64,000 nt of DNA from an uncultured virus (IMG/VR IMGVR_UViG_3300020428_000009). Its lineage: Duplodnaviria > Heunggongvirae > Uroviricota > Caudoviricetes. The stretch is taken from the IMG/VR virus record IMGVR_UViG_3300020428_000009. The stretch is one strand, 5' to 3'. The notes below the pieces were generated by a model that was given only the letters and a program-made list of their open reading frames with translations, was not told the DNA's origin and made no database searches. Of this stretch, positions 39,541 to 46,917 are shown piece after piece; within the stretch, counting starts at the first letter, position 1, and the number at the start of each line of letters is the position of its first letter. Made by a program: the position numbers and the translations under genes.

Positions 39541-39723
39541 ATGCCAACTAAGTACAAGCCAAGTATTGTAAGATTTGACAAAAAAGAAAATAAAAGAACA
39601 GTCCAACATTTTTATATCAAGTCGCTGACTGTTAAGCAATTAACTGAAATGTTAAATAGCACTAGCACTAGACCGAAACACAAACAAAAGTTTAGGAACG
39701 AACTTCAACGAAGAGGGTTCTAA
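39541..39723 (+). CDS. Small basic hypothetical protein
   Basis: AAGGA RBS; coupled to next ORF. Confidence 0.55.
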   Translation: MPTKYKPSIVRFDKKENKRTVQHFYIKSLTVKQLTEMLNSTSTRPKHKQKFRNELQRRGF

Positions 39724-40262
39724 TGTTTTCTTTTCCGATAGAGAGTGAATTGCCGTCTGCAATTAAAGAGGCATTTCTGGGCGATTTCAAAAAAGACAGA
39801 GCCGCCGAACACTATCGACACAGACCAAAAGATGACAATGATGAAAGAGTTGATCATAATTTAGATATATTGTTTTACCATGATACTAAGCCAATGCATT
39901 GGGAGTATGTGAGAGGTCTTTTTAAAGTTAAACCTAGTGCTATCACTTTGATGCATGTACCTGCTAATGGAATCGTTCCAGAACACTCCGACAATGTGGT
40001 ATATAAAAGACAATCTTCTGTAGTATATCCTCTCTCACCTGAGCCAGAGCATTATGCTCCGTGTCTATCAGTTGCACAAGTTAAGCCAGATGGAAGCATA
40101 GGTGCTGATTCTGTACCCTATTCTAGTTGCTATGCATTTGACACAAAACAGCGACATTCTGTTATAAACAACGAATATGAGCGATTTGCAGTACAAATAT
40201 GGTTCGATATTGACCTTCCAGACCTACTTTTTATCTATAAAGATGGAAATTTATTAAAATAA
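39723..40262 (+). CDS. 2OG-Fe(II) oxygenase / cupin-like protein
   Basis: PEHSD (HxD) ... HSVIN ... R pattern. Confidence 0.6.
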   Translation: MFSFPIESELPSAIKEAFLGDFKKDRAAEHYRHRPKDDNDERVDHNLDILFYHDTKPMHWEYVRGLFKVKPSAITLMHVPANGIVPEHSDNVVYKRQSSVVYPLSPEPEHYAPCLSVAQVKPDGSIGADSVPYSSCYAFDTKQRHSVINNEYERFAVQIWFDIDLPDLLFIYKDGNLLK

Positions 40263-40266
40263 TTTA

Positions 40267-40279
40267 TAAGTTATTGATT
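40267..40279 (-). promoter_or_regulatory. IHF-binding-site match (AATCAATAACTTA on minus strand)
   Basis: Fits WATCAANNNNTTR; upstream of an early promoter. Confidence 0.55.
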
Positions 40280-40307
40280 TCCAACGAGTTCTTTTTTAAA
40301 AAAATGC

Positions 40308-40335
40308 TTGACATTAGTGTAAGTCCTGCTATAAT
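40308..40335 (+). promoter_or_regulatory. Early sigma70-type promoter TTGACA-N16-TATAAT
   Basis: Consensus hexamers with TG extension. Confidence 0.8.
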
Positions 40336-40368
40336 GGATGTATAAATTGAGTTGAGAGAGTAAATATT

Positions 40369-40638
40369 ATGAGTGTACCAACTGTTAAGAAAATGATGCT
40401 GACTATGAGTCAGAAAGAGTTGTCCCAGATAATCGCTTTGGCACAACAAATTAAATCGATCTCTGCTACCGCTACTTTTTCAGTCGGTCAAGAGGTTGTC
40501 GTTGTTCAGAAAACAAAACGCACCGCTGGTGTCATCGTCAAGATGAACCCCAAGAAAGCCGTTGTCAGTATGTTGTTCGGTCGATCACAGCGAGTTTCTC
40601 AAGTGTCTGTTCCATTTTCAATGTTAGAGGCCGCTTGA
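40369..40638 (+). CDS. Early hypothetical protein (SH3/KOW-like beta fold suspected)
   Basis: FSVGQEVVV..GVIVKMN..VSVPFSML; GAGAGAG RBS. Confidence 0.55.
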   Translation: MSVPTVKKMMLTMSQKELSQIIALAQQIKSISATATFSVGQEVVVVQKTKRTAGVIVKMNPKKAVVSMLFGRSQRVSQVSVPFSMLEAA

Positions 40639-40703
40639 TGATTGGGTCACTAGAGAGACCTGCGAAAGTCTCTGGGGTTGATGCCCGAACATCCGAGGGG
40701 GGA

Positions 40704-40913
40704 ATGAAAACGCCCCCCACCAAATTTAAATATCTCAAAGAGATTACTAAGTGGGATGAAGATATACCCAATCACACTTACATCTTTGATGATAAGAATC
40801 GTAATGTCGGCTATATAAAGACTGGCACTACCGAAGAAATATTTTATTCCAAACCTTCTACGCTTTTTAGTAAAACCCGTAGAAAATTTATAACCCTCAA
40901 GAGAGAGAATTAA
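40704..40913 (+). CDS. Hypothetical protein
   Basis: ATG after GAGGGG; KYLKEIT..PNHTY..FSKTRRKF. Confidence 0.55.
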   Translation: MKTPPTKFKYLKEITKWDEDIPNHTYIFDDKNRNVGYIKTGTTEEIFYSKPSTLFSKTRRKFITLKREN

Positions 40914-40914
40914 T

Positions 40915-41139
40915 ATGAGTGAAACAGTTATTGCTAGCCTAGGTAATATGGGCGAAGAAGAGTTGTCAGTTGAGGAATTTTTTCCTATACTTGAAACTTT
41001 ACGAGAGTCTGGTCGCATGAATATGTTTGGTGCACCTCGATGGCTCCGTGAGAATTGGGGTTTGAGTCGAGAAGACGCAAAAATGGTTTTTATAAAATGG
41101 TCAGAGTTTAAGGAGGCTGAATGCCGAGACAAGAGTTAG
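40915..41139 (+). CDS. Hypothetical protein
   Basis: LRESGRMNMFGAP motif; GAGAGAG RBS. Confidence 0.6.
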   Translation: MSETVIASLGNMGEEELSVEEFFPILETLRESGRMNMFGAPRWLRENWGLSREDAKMVFIKWSEFKEAECRDKS

Positions 41140-41897
41140 CCCTCGCTGGTTGTGGTTTTGTTGGATCTACTTACTTAAATGCTCTTGAAGAAGGGCATTC
41201 GGTTTATGTAGTGGATCCAAAAATAAATGAGAATAGTATATCAGACAGAAAGTTTGATGGTATTGTTCTCTGTCTTCCTACGCCCTCTGATACAGAAGGC
41301 AAATGTGATTTCTCTATTTTACAATCATGCTTTAGAGATATTGTCGATTCAGAAACTCCTGTACTGATAAAAAGTACCTTGAGTATGGAAGGATATGAGG
41401 CTCTAGAATCTGAGTTTGAGAATCCTATTACTTTTTCTCCAGAATTTTTGAGGCAAGATTCCGCTGAACGAGATTTGAGAAATTGTAAGAATGTTATTTT
41501 GGCTGGTAAACACAGCGATTTTTGGCACAAAATATTGCTAGAATGTCCAATCTTCAAGATGAAGATGTATTCTCTTATGCCCGATATTCGGGAAGCCATA
41601 ACAGTTAAGTATATGATAAACTCTTTTCTTGCTACCAAAGTCTCTTGGTTTAATCAGTTGTATGATTATTGTCAAGCGAATGACTTGAATTTTGAGCGAG
41701 TGAGATATCATATCGGTGGTGATGAGCGTATTGGAAAATCACATACGAATGTTACCGAAGAGCGAGGATTTGGTGGAGCATGTTTTCCAAAAGATACTCG
41801 ATCACTCTTGTCTGAGGAACATGGCGATCTTCTTACTTTGCTGAATAATGCGGTGAGATACAACAGTATTATAAGAAAGGAAAATATCGATGACTGA
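41121..41897 (+). CDS. UDP-glucose/GDP-mannose dehydrogenase family protein (short form)
   Basis: GCGFVG, SPEFLR, KYMINSFLATKVS, GFGGACFPKD. Confidence 0.88.
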   Translation: MPRQELALAGCGFVGSTYLNALEEGHSVYVVDPKINENSISDRKFDGIVLCLPTPSDTEGKCDFSILQSCFRDIVDSETPVLIKSTLSMEGYEALESEFENPITFSPEFLRQDSAERDLRNCKNVILAGKHSDFWHKILLECPIFKMKMYSLMPDIREAITVKYMINSFLATKVSWFNQLYDYCQANDLNFERVRYHIGGDERIGKSHTNVTEERGFGGACFPKDTRSLLSEEHGDLLTLLNNAVRYNSIIRKENIDD

Positions 41898-42198
41898 AAA
41901 AGAAAACGATTTTCATCCTAAAGAAATAGAAAATTCAAAACGAATTTTTAAATCTGCTACACCCAAACAGGACTTCAGTTGGTACATTAAATGGAGTTCA
42001 TCAATCTTAATTCTTATCGCACTATCGATACGAGCCGCAGATTATCCTAGAATATGGGACATGTGGTTTGGATTTGCAGGTATGGTAGGATGGACATATG
42101 TAGGATATTTGTGGCAAGATAGAGCGATACTAATATTAAATGCTGTTAGTGCAGTTCTATTAGTTATTGGGTTACTTAACTATTATAAGCCTATATAA
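41890..42198 (+). CDS. Membrane protein (about 3 TM)
   Basis: SWYIKW, WQDRAILILN; hydrophobic. Confidence 0.6.
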   Translation: MTEKENDFHPKEIENSKRIFKSATPKQDFSWYIKWSSSILILIALSIRAADYPRIWDMWFGFAGMVGWTYVGYLWQDRAILILNAVSAVLLVIGLLNYYKPI

Positions 42199-42201
42199 AT
42201 A
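42194..42201 (+). promoter_or_regulatory. T4-type late promoter TATAAATA
   Basis: Exact motif. Confidence 0.65.
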
Positions 42202-42232
42202 ATTCTGCAACTAACGGTATAATGAGGTCAAT

Positions 42233-42541
42233 ATGCCACTTTATGAAATAGAGAACACCGATACAGGTGAAATCTTTGAAATTATGATGAAGATTAGCGA
42301 CAAAGAAAGTATGCTACAAAAAAATCCCCACTTTAGACAAATACCATCTGCGCCAAACATTAGTAAAGGTGGTGTAGGTGACCGCGTGAAAAGAGATGGC
42401 GGCATGAATGAAGTACTTTCTAGAATCGCTGACAATAATCCTAATAGTCCTCTTGCAGATGATTTTGGAAAGAAAGATGCTAAGTCCGTAGCAAACAGAA
42501 AAGTTGCGAAAAAGGTACGAGATTCTTTCACAAAAGATTAA
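42233..42541 (+). CDS. FmdB-like conserved T4-like protein
   Basis: MPLYEIENTDTGEIFE N-terminus; GMNEVLSRI..NPNS. Confidence 0.65.
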   Translation: MPLYEIENTDTGEIFEIMMKISDKESMLQKNPHFRQIPSAPNISKGGVGDRVKRDGGMNEVLSRIADNNPNSPLADDFGKKDAKSVANRKVAKKVRDSFTKD

Positions 42542-42549
42542 ATGTCTAT

Positions 42550-42557
42550 TATAAATA
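42550..42557 (+). promoter_or_regulatory. T4-type late promoter TATAAATA
   Basis: Exact intergenic motif. Confidence 0.75.
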
Positions 42558-42594
42558 GTCAATGTAACAGTATGTTACTAATATTCATGGGCAG

Positions 42595-43515
42595 ATGAGG
42601 ACTTTAGATATGTCTAGACTATTAAAGGTGGGCACGGTGCTGGTGTCTATCTTGATGGTAGGGTGTGCCACTGGTGGTACACAATATTATGATGCTATTC
42701 GAGATGCGGCCGCAAGTCAAGCCTTAGTCTCAGAAGCCAGATACAAGGCTTTAGCACAATTAGCACAATCGGGTGATCCAGGAGCCGCAAGCGCCGCTGT
42801 TATGGCTATTGCACTATCAGATGATACTCCAATAGTTCCCCAATTAGTAGAAAGCGATGCTCTTAAATGGGCACAAGTCGTTGTTCCCACAATGGGAACT
42901 CTCGGTGGTCTTTGGATGCAAACAGACCTTGCTAAGACACAATCGAATAACAGTAAGGCAGTTCAACTTGCCAGTTTCCAATCTAATGAAGCGATACAGT
43001 TGGGTAACCAACAAATGGTCGTAGGGTTAGGAGAACAGTGGTCAAACGCTGGCGTAGGAAATACTGAAGCGATGTTGCAGTTAGGGCTGGGTGGATTTGA
43101 AGCATTAAACAATGCTGGTGATCAAACGCTAGGTGTAGCAGTTGCCGGTTTTGATGCGATTGATAATGTTGCTACCGAGGGATTCACACAAATAGGTTCA
43201 GTAGCAACTACTGGATTTAATGCCATTGAGAATGTATCGACTGCTGGTTTTACACAGTTGGGAGCAGTATCAACCGCTGGCTTTACCCAGATAGGAACAG
43301 TAGCGATGGATGGATTTGATGCGTTAAATGCGATGTCAACTAATTATAATACCACTATTTTAGGTATTAATGACGATTGGGCGGCACCAATAAATGCACT
43401 CATAGCAAGTCCTTTGACTAACATCACTACTACCACCACCAATACAACTACCGGAACCAATATACAATGCAACATCGTAAATAACGCTGTTGTTTGTTCA
43501 GTTGTTGGATCATAG
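42595..43515 (+). CDS. Lipoprotein with 11-aa GF-containing repeats
   Basis: LMVG-C lipobox; periodic GFxxI/GFTQ repeats; Thr run. Confidence 0.65.
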   Translation: MRTLDMSRLLKVGTVLVSILMVGCATGGTQYYDAIRDAAASQALVSEARYKALAQLAQSGDPGAASAAVMAIALSDDTPIVPQLVESDALKWAQVVVPTMGTLGGLWMQTDLAKTQSNNSKAVQLASFQSNEAIQLGNQQMVVGLGEQWSNAGVGNTEAMLQLGLGGFEALNNAGDQTLGVAVAGFDAIDNVATEGFTQIGSVATTGFNAIENVSTAGFTQLGAVSTAGFTQIGTVAMDGFDALNAMSTNYNTTILGINDDWAAPINALIASPLTNITTTTTNTTTGTNIQCNIVNNAVVCSVVGS

Positions 43516-43533
43516 TCGTAGTATCGTATTCTA

Positions 43534-43556
43534 AGGGGACATATGTCCCCTCTTTT
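43534..43556 (+). terminator. Intrinsic terminator
   Basis: aggggac-atat-gtcccct then ctttt. Confidence 0.75.
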
Positions 43557-43558
43557 CT

Positions 43559-43566
43559 TATAAATA
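43559..43566 (+). promoter_or_regulatory. T4-type late promoter TATAAATA
   Basis: Exact motif after terminator. Confidence 0.75.
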
Positions 43567-43605
43567 TGCATAGATGCTGGCTATGGTTAGTGGTTTTAAT
43601 AAATA

Positions 43606-43947
43606 ATGAGGTATATTATGACAGAAGAACATGATGAAAAAGATGAATTTTCACCTGAATATATCAGGACTCTTGAAGAAGCGTTAAGAATTGATTATTT
43701 GGAAAAGTGGAAAATTTATGCTCAGTTAAAGGTGGTTCAAAAATCTTTGGGCGATACTACTGCTGAATTGAAAAAAGTAAAAAGAGCCTATGAACTTGTT
43801 TCGGATAATTTGAAAAGATATGAGGCCGACATGACAGAGTTTAAGGGTAGATATAAATTTGAAAAGGAAAAATCTGAGAAACTTGCGAAGTCTAATAAAG
43901 ACTTTAGGGCACAAATTCGCAGTCTCAAAAAAGAAAAAGAAGAATGA
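43606..43947 (+). CDS. Coiled-coil hypothetical protein
   Basis: Charged heptad pattern; start could be 43618. Confidence 0.55.
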   Translation: MRYIMTEEHDEKDEFSPEYIRTLEEALRIDYLEKWKIYAQLKVVQKSLGDTTAELKKVKRAYELVSDNLKRYEADMTEFKGRYKFEKEKSEKLAKSNKDFRAQIRSLKKEKEE

Positions 43948-45197
43948 TAAAATTTTCATATTTTTTGACGGAAGATGTCGATGGAAAGAATCTTCACTTA
44001 GAACATCTTGAAGACGAGATTATAAATTTCGGGATAGGTGGCGCTAGAGGCGCAGTAAACTTTTTAAGATCGTTAAGAGATATGATGGCTGGTAGTTCCA
44101 GATCCTCAGTTAATATGACAGTTAAATGGGATGGTGCACCAGCAATATTTGCAGGCACAGATCCTTCTGACGGCAAATTTTTCGTAGCCAAAAAGTCAGT
44201 TTTTAATAAAAGTCCTCTACTATATAAGTCTTCACAAGAAATAGATGGAGACGCTAGACTACCCAGTTCTCTTAAATCTAAATTCAAAATAGCACTATCA
44301 GAGTTTAGCAAACTAGGTATTAAAGGAGTTTTGCAGGGCGATCTGATGTTTACTAATTCAGATTTAGAGACAGATAGAATAGATGGAGAAACATATACAA
44401 CTTTTCAGCCGAATACGATTGTTTATGCAATTCCTAAAGGCACAGTTTTAGAAAAAAGAATTCGACAAGCAAAAATTGGTGTTGTTTGGCACACTACATA
44501 TTCTGGCAGAAATCTTGAGAGCATGAAAGCATCATTTGGTGCAAACATTAATTCACTACGAAAGTCAAATAGCATTTGGATGGATGATGCATCATATAGA
44601 GATGCTAGTGGAATTGCAACTTTTACCAAAACAGAAACTACTGCTATAACTGCTAAGTTATCAGAAGTAGGAAAACAATTTCAAAAAATAAATTCTTCAG
44701 AATTAACCAAATTTCTAAACATTCAAAATTCTTTTACTGGTAAGTATGTTGGTGCTAGTATTAAAACTTTTAACAATTCAAAAGTTAGAGTTGGTGCCGA
44801 GATTAAAAATCCCGCTCAACATGCGAAAGAATACTTAAAGTGGGTAGAAGAGAAGTTCGATAAAGAAAAAGACAAAGTGAAGACTGATGCTACTAAACAA
44901 AAAATAGAAACTAAGAAAGTAGAATCAATTCGTGAACTAAATAAGTTGACAGGACTATTAACTAATGTTATAATATTCCAAAATCTATTAGTATCTGCAA
45001 AAATGGACATCGTTAGAAAGTTAAACAAAGTAAAACAATTAACAAATACTTTTGTAAGGACTTCTAATGGATTTAAAGTTACCAATGCTGAAGGATATGT
45101 TGCTATTGACAGAGTATCTGGTAACGCTGTGAAGTTAGTTGATAGAATGGAATTTAGTTTTAATAACTTTACAGCAATCAAGGCATGGGATAGATGA
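43944..45197 (+). CDS. Conserved T4-like protein with ATP-dependent (RNA) ligase-like motifs
   Basis: TVKWDG (motif I), LQGDLM (III-like), EGYV (IV), VKLV (V). Confidence 0.6.
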   Translation: MIKFSYFLTEDVDGKNLHLEHLEDEIINFGIGGARGAVNFLRSLRDMMAGSSRSSVNMTVKWDGAPAIFAGTDPSDGKFFVAKKSVFNKSPLLYKSSQEIDGDARLPSSLKSKFKIALSEFSKLGIKGVLQGDLMFTNSDLETDRIDGETYTTFQPNTIVYAIPKGTVLEKRIRQAKIGVVWHTTYSGRNLESMKASFGANINSLRKSNSIWMDDASYRDASGIATFTKTETTAITAKLSEVGKQFQKINSSELTKFLNIQNSFTGKYVGASIKTFNNSKVRVGAEIKNPAQHAKEYLKWVEEKFDKEKDKVKTDATKQKIETKKVESIRELNKLTGLLTNVIIFQNLLVSAKMDIVRKLNKVKQLTNTFVRTSNGFKVTNAEGYVAIDRVSGNAVKLVDRMEFSFNNFTAIKAWDR

Positions 45198-45781
45198 AGA
45201 CAATCGTATTCGCATTTGGAAGAATGAATCCACCTACCAGTGGACATGGTAAACTTATTCAGAAAGTCAAACAGATTGCTCAGAGAAATAGGGCTGATCA
45301 TCTTATAATTGCCAGTCACTCACAAGATAAGAATAAAAATCCATTGACACCAAAAAAGAAAGTTGCACATCTAAAGAAGATGTTTCCTAACACAAAATTT
45401 AAGGCTTCAGATAAAATCAATCCCAACTTCATTAAACAGTTGGGACTATTGACAGGCAAGTTTGATAGTGTTATAATGGTCGCAGGTTCTGATCGAGTAA
45501 CAGAATTTCAAAGAATTGTAGATAAGTATAATGGTAAAGACTTTACTTTTAAATCTATCAAAGTTGTATCAGCAGGAGAAAGAGATCCTGATGCTGAAGG
45601 AGTAACTGGAATTAGTGCTAGTAAAATGAGGCTGTTTGTCAAGAATAATGATTTTGCAGGATTTAAGAAAGGTTTACCACCTGGTTACAGTGGCGCACAA
45701 CAACTTTTTAATGATGTGAAAACTGGCATGGAACTCAAAGAGGGAGTACATCACTCCTTTACCTCATTTTTAAAAGGATAA
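45194..45781 (+). CDS. HxGH-superfamily (cytidylyltransferase-like) nucleotidyltransferase
   Basis: FGRMNPPTSGH, AGSDR, ISASKMR. Confidence 0.85.
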   Translation: MKTIVFAFGRMNPPTSGHGKLIQKVKQIAQRNRADHLIIASHSQDKNKNPLTPKKKVAHLKKMFPNTKFKASDKINPNFIKQLGLLTGKFDSVIMVAGSDRVTEFQRIVDKYNGKDFTFKSIKVVSAGERDPDAEGVTGISASKMRLFVKNNDFAGFKKGLPPGYSGAQQLFNDVKTGMELKEGVHHSFTSFLKG

Positions 45782-45785
45782 GTAG

Positions 45786-46262
45786 ATGACAATTATTAAC
45801 TACCGGAACGAAGTATACGAACAACTCAAAATAGACGAAGGCGTGAAGTATGAAATATACAAAGATCACCTCGGGTATCCCACCTTTGGTGTCGGTCACC
45901 TCATCACAGGCGAGGACGAGGAACACGGCAAACCACTCGGCACACCAATCAGCGAAGAAAGAGTCCAAGAGTGTTTCGACAAAGACCTCGACACATCAAT
46001 CTCAGAGTGTGTTGCTCTATACGGAGAAGGGTTTAATACAATGCCCGATACAGTCCAGCAAGTCTTGGTTAATATGATGTTTAACATGGGCAGGACTCGC
46101 CTAGCAAAGTTTAAAAATTTTAGAACTGCATTAGAAGCCGAAGATTGGAAACAAGCGGCGGTAGAAGGCAGAGACAGTCTGTGGTATAGACAAGTTACGA
46201 ACCGAGCAGAACGACTGATGACTCGATTGGAAGAATTGAAGCCAACACAAGTTCTCGCTTAA
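45786..46262 (+). CDS. Endolysin, T4-lysozyme-like (GH24)
   Basis: DEG..YKDHLGYPTFGVGH, NMMFNMG, DSLWYRQVTNRA. Confidence 0.92.
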   Translation: MTIINYRNEVYEQLKIDEGVKYEIYKDHLGYPTFGVGHLITGEDEEHGKPLGTPISEERVQECFDKDLDTSISECVALYGEGFNTMPDTVQQVLVNMMFNMGRTRLAKFKNFRTALEAEDWKQAAVEGRDSLWYRQVTNRAERLMTRLEELKPTQVLA

Positions 46263-46274
46263 ACGGAGAATATT

Positions 46275-46679
46275 ATGAAGATGAGTAAGATGTTTGATTT
46301 CCCAAATTATGTTTACATGTGGGGACCAACCATGCTGTTAATGTTTACAATAGCAGGTTGTGCAGTTATGGACAAACTTCCAGATAAGTTTGACAGTATG
46401 GAGTATGGTGAATTAGTTCGTTTGAATTTGATATCAGAACAAACTACATGTTCAATAGAAGATATTAAACAAGCGTACAGAATGGCAGCCTTTTTAGATA
46501 AATATTCTGATCATAGAATGAATAGCAATAATCAAAAGATTTATGATCAGATTTTTGACTTGGTAGCAGAAATGGAATCTAGAGAGACTCCTTCCGATGC
46601 TTATTGTCGTATCAAATGGCAGAATATCAACAGCGTAACAGAATCCGCCCTTGAAGTATCAGGTAAGAGGTCCAGATAA
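46275..46679 (+). CDS. Lipoprotein
   Basis: FTIAG-C lipobox; follows endolysin. Confidence 0.55.
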   Translation: MKMSKMFDFPNYVYMWGPTMLLMFTIAGCAVMDKLPDKFDSMEYGELVRLNLISEQTTCSIEDIKQAYRMAAFLDKYSDHRMNSNNQKIYDQIFDLVAEMESRETPSDAYCRIKWQNINSVTESALEVSGKRSR

Positions 46680-46901
46680 ATGAACGAAATAGAAGATCAA
46701 CTAAAAATAATCGAAAAGTATCAAGACAAAGTTGCTGAACTTAATCATTTGCGCCATGAAGGCATGCTTGATAAAGACGAGTACGATGAATTAATTCAAG
46801 ATTTTAAAGATGTCGATGCGATTAGAAACGATATCAAAGACGAAGAATTAAAACAATATGCAGAAGTGGTTGTCAAAAACCTAGCCAAATTGCTCCTCTA
46901 G
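46680..46901 (+). CDS. Hypothetical protein
   Basis: Abuts upstream stop. Confidence 0.5.
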   Translation: MNEIEDQLKIIEKYQDKVAELNHLRHEGMLDKDEYDELIQDFKDVDAIRNDIKDEELKQYAEVVVKNLAKLLL

Positions 46902-46904
46902 TTT

Positions 46905-46912
46905 TATAAATA
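46905..46912 (+). promoter_or_regulatory. T4-type late promoter TATAAATA (predicted leaderless mRNA)
   Basis: Motif ends 5 nt before the ATG; no SD. Confidence 0.7.
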
Positions 46913-46917
46913 GTGTT

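Noticed and set aside
40640..40722. tRNA or tmRNA gene ending in CCA
   Set aside because: No T-loop (TTCG/TTCA) arm, D-arm or distant 5' acceptor strand; only a local hairpin
45850..46077. Overprinted +1-frame ORF in the endolysin as an embedded Rz1-like gene
   Set aside because: No lipobox, TM or clear RBS; openness is explained by the C-ending codon bias
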